DNA of 64,000 bases. Source: Macrostomum lignano. Taxonomy: Eukaryota. Shown piece by piece: positions 58,651 to 64,000 of the stretch (positions within the stretch are counted from its first letter, which is position 1; each line of letters opens with the position of its first letter). The notes below the pieces were generated by a model, which had not been told where the DNA came from, did not search any database, and saw only the letters and a program-made list of their open reading frames with translations. Location: the NCBI GenBank assembly GCA_002269645.1, contig NIVC01001248.1, forward strand, positions 1 to 64,000, in the 5' to 3' direction. Position numbers and translations under genes: made by a program.

Positions 58651-59399
58651 CGCTCTAGGGAAGACCAGCCAGCACCAGCTGCGACAAAATTTCAACCCAT
58701 GCAGTGAGAGTCCTGGATTCCGAATCGCACGCAGCTGCATGGAGCAAACGGGATTCGCATAACCGAACCCTGGCAGAGTTTGGGAGGTGCGAACTTGCCA
58801 ATTCTGTTCAATTCAATGTGCAGTGATATCAAAAACTGCTCTAGATGGCCAAGGTTGATATTTTTTAGCACCAGATGGAAAAATATGTGGAATGCGCCAA
58901 TGCTATAGCTAGTGGGAGCCGAAAGGTGTGAAACTGTGCTGAACTCAAGGTGCGAAATACGTTCTATACAGGCAATCTGATAGATAAGAGTTGAGACAGG
59001 AACTTGAGATATCATCGCTAAAGCTAACTGAACCAACCGCTGCTGCAAGGGTGAAAGTTGATGCGTCCCAATGTGCGATCGCTAGATGCTCACCTGAGCA
59101 CAGTCCGCATCTTTCTGAACAATCTGTGCTGAGGGCACACAGTGATCCGTTTCGCAATACATTTGACAACGACGGATTGTTTTAGCGAGATTTAACAGTC
59201 AATATCTCAACTCCACCTCTTATGGCTGAGCATTGCAAAATTTTCAACTTGATATTGACAGCATCATGACCTCAAAACTGAAATTCACCTGTGCTGTTCT
59301 CGTGTTTTATACTTTTTTTACTTTTCCATGTCCTTCAGTATCATTTTCGTCAAAAAAACTGTCTGTTTAGCTTCATTTTCTCTCATCACTTCTCTCAGA

Positions 59400-59860
59400 T
59401 CTCAGATCTCTCATCTCTCATATCGCCTTTCCCATCTCTACTCTCCAATTTCTACTCTACCATCTCTACTCTCTCATCTCTACTCTTCCATCTCTACTCT
59501 CTCATATCTACTCTTCCATCTCTACTCTCTCATATCTACTCTTCCATCTCTACTCTCTCATATCTACTCTACCATCTCTACTCTCTCATCTCTACTCTCT
59601 CATCTCTACTCTACCATCTCTACTCTCCCATCTCAACTCTTCCATCTCTACTTTCCTATCTCTACTCTCCAATTTCTACTCTACCATCTCTACTCTTCCA
59701 TCTCTACTCTCTCATCTCTACTCTTCCATCTCTACTCTCTCATCTCTACTCTTCCATCTCTACTCTCTCATCTCTACTCTTCCATCTCTACTCTCTCATC
59801 TCTACTCTTCCATCTCTACTCTCTCATCTCTACTCTACCATCTCTACTCTCTTCCCCTCT
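59400..59860. repeat. CT-rich minisatellite (ctctactctctcat / ctctactcttccat)
   Basis: Read directly. Confidence 0.88.
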
Positions 59861-60804
59861 CCATTTCTCATCGGGCGCAGCCATATTGGTTAGTTAGGAA
59901 CCCTCCCTTCACGGGCCACTATCGTTGTCTCCATCTGTGTCGTTGGTTACCAAGCCATGCAGCAATTGCAGGCCAAAAGTCACAGAAGATAAAAAAATGG
60001 TCAAAGCCATCAAGCGTGCAGCACAACAACTCTCCTAATTAGATGCGGACAATTCCTGAGCTCTTGGAACTGACATGGTGTCAGCTTACAATACGGGCGG
60101 CATCTGAACTGAAAAATGTCGACAACGGAATCAAACTTGACGTGTTCGGCAATGCGAACAATGTCATATTTTGGCATGGATACAGAATGCGAATTTCAAT
60201 AAATAAATTTGCCTTTTCATTCACTGACTTTTCACGCTCAAATTAGTTCTGGGAAACTGTCAACATGAATTCGGGCCAGAGGCACAGGTGCACCGCGGCA
60301 ACGAGATCAAACAAACAAATTTGCAAAACGAATTTGCAGTTATAAAAAAATTCTGATTTCGAAAATTACCTACAGATCCTGCACCTGCGCTCAAGCAGCA
60401 GAATTGCTCAGAGGCGTCAGGGCTGCAATGGCCAGTCAGCATTGACAGTCGCAGCGGGTGGTCCGTCTCGCTGCGGCTGGTCGGCAAACATCAAAAGCCA
60501 ACTGAGATTTGCACCGTGTGCTGCGGAATGCCACCTGTAGAGGTGTTGAGGTAATTAACTCGGTCCAAACCGGCACGGAATAGCTCTGCAAATGCTCGCT
60601 CACAGCTGGGGCCGTTTAAGGCGGGGATCTTAAACTCCCTAGGGGATAAAATCAATAAAGGTGTTGCGGATATGGCAAACTGTTTGTGCTCATTCTCTGC
60701 TCAGCGGGTTACTGGGTGTTCGAATCCGCAATCTAGCTCTGTTAGGGCACACTCGCAATTCCATGCTGCTCAGGTATATGAAAAACAACAGGAAAATGTT
60801 TTCT

Positions 60805-61250
60805 AATCTCTCCCTGTTTCTCTAATCTCCTAATGTTTCTCTACTCTCTTCATGTTTCTCTAATCATCTCTCCCTGCTTCTCTAATCTCCCCCTGCTTCT
60901 CTAATCTCTCCCTGCTTCTCTAATCTCTCCCTGCTTCTCTAATCTCTCCCTGCTTCTCTAATCTCTCTCTGCTTCTCTAATCTCTCTCTGCTTCTCTAAT
61001 CTCTCCCTGCTTCTCTAATCATCCCCCCCGCTTCTCTAATCTCTCCCTGCTTCTCTAATCTCTCCCTGCTTCTCTAATCTCTCCCTGCTTCTCTAATCTC
61101 TCTCTGCTTCTCTAATCTCTCCCTGCTTCTCTAATCTGTGATTCCCTGTTTCTCTAATCTCTTCATGCTTCTCATAGCCTTAGTTCTCTAATCTCTCCAT
61201 GCTTCTCTAATCTCTCCCTGCTTCCCAAATCTCTCCCTGCTTCTCTAACC
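60805..61250. repeat. 19-bp minisatellite (ctctaatctctccctgctt)
   Basis: About 20 units. Confidence 0.92.
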
Positions 61251-62214
61251 TCAACCATAGAATCGCAACCTGTGTGTCTAATCTCTTTCTAACGGCGTCC
61301 TGTTTCTCCAATCTCTCTCACATCTCTATATCACTTTCACCTAGCGTGCTCAAATAATCACACAAAACAGACAAACAGCCAAGGCCCACAAACACAATGA
61401 CCTCCCGGTTGCATCTGATCCCGAGCTCATCCGACAAAGGTGGAATTTCAGTAGCTAGCGAGCAAAGAATCAACAGCTCAAAATTCGGTGTTGATAAACC
61501 ACAGCTCGATCGAGTCAATAAAAGCTTACAGGCATTCCCGGAGGTATCTCAGGTCTATCAACTCGAAGATCTACGAAGTGGCAGCTCAAATTTCACTGAT
61601 CGGACTCGAGCTAACATATTTTCTATTATTATGATATTTTAAAAAAATAAAAACATAACCGTTTTATGAGCTCAAATAATGGAATAAAATATTTATTGGC
61701 CGTTGTGTCTGACGAACGGGCCTTCATAAATCCATCAAAAATAGCCGCGGGGGTTCCGTCTAGATAAAAATATGAATCATCAAATTCCCATTGTGCGGCC
61801 CAGAGGTGAGAATAGCGCCTCACTATGCCCACCAGTTTGAGTCAGTTATTCAAATTTCACAATGTTTTTTTGGATAGTGAGGTGCGATATGCAAACTCCA
61901 ATGCGAATATGCAATTGCTCCGGGTATTGTTGTTTTCGAATAATTGTCGTTTTGGTGACGTAATCATCGATTGAAACTCGAATAGCTGGAGTGCGGTGGT
62001 GGTGCAATAATGGGGACTGTTATTGGGTTGGGGGTGGCGTTCGAGAGTTTGGTAAAGCGGCACGGGACTGCAGTGTTTTGAAAGCTATTGCAGTGCCTTT
62101 AGCCTGGTTTGGTCAAGTTTCACATTTCCGCAATTTCGAAGTTTCTTCAAACTGAAATTTCACAAACAATATGCATTATAAACGCAGGGGCTTGATAAAC
62201 ATGAAGTTTGCTAA

Positions 62215-63040
62215 TCCTGAAGTTTCACTGTCCTGAAGTTTCACTGTCCTGAAGTTTTGCAGTCCTGAAGTTTTGCAGTCCTGAAGTTTCACTGTCCTGA
62301 AGTTTTACTGTCCTGAAGTTTTACTGTCCTGACGTTTCACTGTCCTGAAGTTTCACTATCCTGAAGTTTCACTGTCCTGAAGTTTCACTCTACTGAAGTT
62401 TCCATTCCTGAAGTTTCACTGTCCTGAAGTTTCTTATTCCTGAAGTTTCACTGTCCTGAAGTTTCACTGTCCTGAAGTTTTACTGTCCTGAAGTTTCACT
62501 GTCCTGAAGTTTCACTGTCCTGAAGTTTTGCAGTCCTGAAGTTTGGCAGTCCTGAAGTTTTACTGTCCTGAAGTTTTACTGTCCTGACGTTTCACTGTCC
62601 TGAAGTTTCACTCTACTGAAGTTTCACTGTCCTGAAGTTTCACTGTCCTGAAGTTTTGCAGTCCTGAAGTTTTGCAGTCCTGAAGTTTGGCAGTCCTGAA
62701 GTTTTACTGTCCTGAAGTTTTACTGTCTTGACGTTTCACTGTCCTGAAGTTTCACTCTACTGAAGTTTCCATTCCTGAAGTTTCACTGTCCTGAAGTTTC
62801 TCATTCCTGAAGTTTCACTGTCCTGAAGTTTTACTGTCCTGAAGTTTCACAGTCCTGAAGTTTCACTATCCTGAAGTTTCACTGTCCTGAAGTATCATGA
62901 ATCCTGAAGTTTCACTGTCCTGAAGTTTCACTGTCCTGAAGTTTCACTATCCTGAAGTTTCTCAGTCCTGAAGTTTCACTGTCCTGAAGTTTCACTGTCC
63001 TGAAGTTTCTCAGTCCTGAAGTTTCATGAATCCTGAAGTT
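62215..63040. repeat. 16-bp minisatellite (cctgaagtttcactgt)
   Basis: About 50 units with variant blocks. Confidence 0.95.
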
Positions 63041-63864
63041 GCAAAAGAACCTGAATTTTACAAACCAGAATTTCCCTAAACCTCAAACTCTGTAACGCAG
63101 AACACGGAACCGCGCTGACTCGCGAAAGCTCATTAGCTTCGTCGAGTTAAAACAAAAAATTGACCCTTCATTTTTTCCGCCATCCAACGATGGCAGTTTC
63201 TGAGCCGCTTGGATCAGTTGAGACCCAAACTTGACTGTGTAATCCAATAGTTTGTTGCCAGCAGCTCATAACAAATCCTTCATCACTCGAACTCAAACCC
63301 GGTGTAAAATTTTTAAGCTCAACTTATCGAAGCGAGCAAAGTCACGGATTGGAAACTAATCTGGAATTCCAAGTTAATTCTATGGAATCTTAGGATTCAA
63401 AATTCGAAAGTAACAATAGCAATTCAGGGGTTAGTAAAATAGTTCGACAAAATTTCGTCAGCAATATACAGAGAGAGAACACACTGGCATTAACAATCAA
63501 TAAATACTGCCCAGTATAAATATATCCCAAATTCCTTGAAGGCAAATAAACAAAAGTCACTTCCAACAATTGGAAAGAAATGTTTTGCATCTCGTGTTTA
63601 GCGCGTGTCATTTTGTAAGGGGGAAGTCCCTTCGGGATCTGTGGACTTGGGGGAATTGTTTATAAACTGTGCTTGAAGAATCTGTGCTTGGCTGCCTGCA
63701 GCTGGGTAGAGCTTTGAACAGGGGGTTGAAAGCTCTCTGTGCGATCTGGAATTGAAATGTGCGATTTCTCCGATCGAGTCTCCCATGTTTAATGACATTC
63801 ATCCAGACCCAGTGAGTTTTATAACACGATTCTTTTATTTTCTTGGGTTCCTTAAGATCTGTCA

Positions 63865-64000
63865 AAATTCCCCTCTGATTCTCTCTCTAATGATTCATCA
63901 TAATTCCCCTCTGATTCTCTCTCTAATGATTCATCATAATTCCCCTCTGATTCTCTCTACTGGTTTATCCCAATTCCCCTCTGATTCTCTCTCTAATGGT
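63865..64000. repeat. 36-bp minisatellite (aattcccctctgattctctctctaatgattcatcat), runs off the window
   Basis: 3-4 units. Confidence 0.88.

Overview
Eukaryotic (invertebrate animal) genomic DNA. GC-rich exons sit in AT-richer, very repeat-dense intergenic and intronic sequence; the style resembles a flatworm such as Macrostomum, which is an inference I cannot verify here. Main content: (1) a head-to-tail + strand array of five paralogous, highly divergent class A-like 7TM receptor genes, each with exon 1 = N-terminus+TM1-2 and exon 2 = TM3-7+tail. Copies A-C look intact, copy D has a ~310-aa Ala-rich third intracellular loop and an unresolved splice phase, and copy E is an orphan, frameshifted exon 2. 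(2) A young, full-length 4.3-kb Mag-like Ty3/Gypsy LTR retrotransposon (23766-28057, - strand) inserted with a 5-bp TSD into a 34-bp satellite; its gag and pol are in frame and separated by one TAA. (3) A decayed BEL/Pao pol, a frameshifted IS630/Tc1-type transposase, two copies of a tRNA-derived CORE-SINE, several MITE-like elements and two LTR-like promoter modules. (4) A tRNA-Gln(CTG) gene. (5) A - strand gene with a C-terminal Par6/KIAA1614-type PDZ domain. (6) About 25 micro- and minisatellite arrays, which explain most of the long ORFs in the track. The most notable observation is that the receptor exon 2s begin with AG|GTGAGCT, so splicing regenerates the original donor (GAT|GTGAGCT). 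All junctions are phase 0, which is compatible with recursive or combinatorial splicing across the array.
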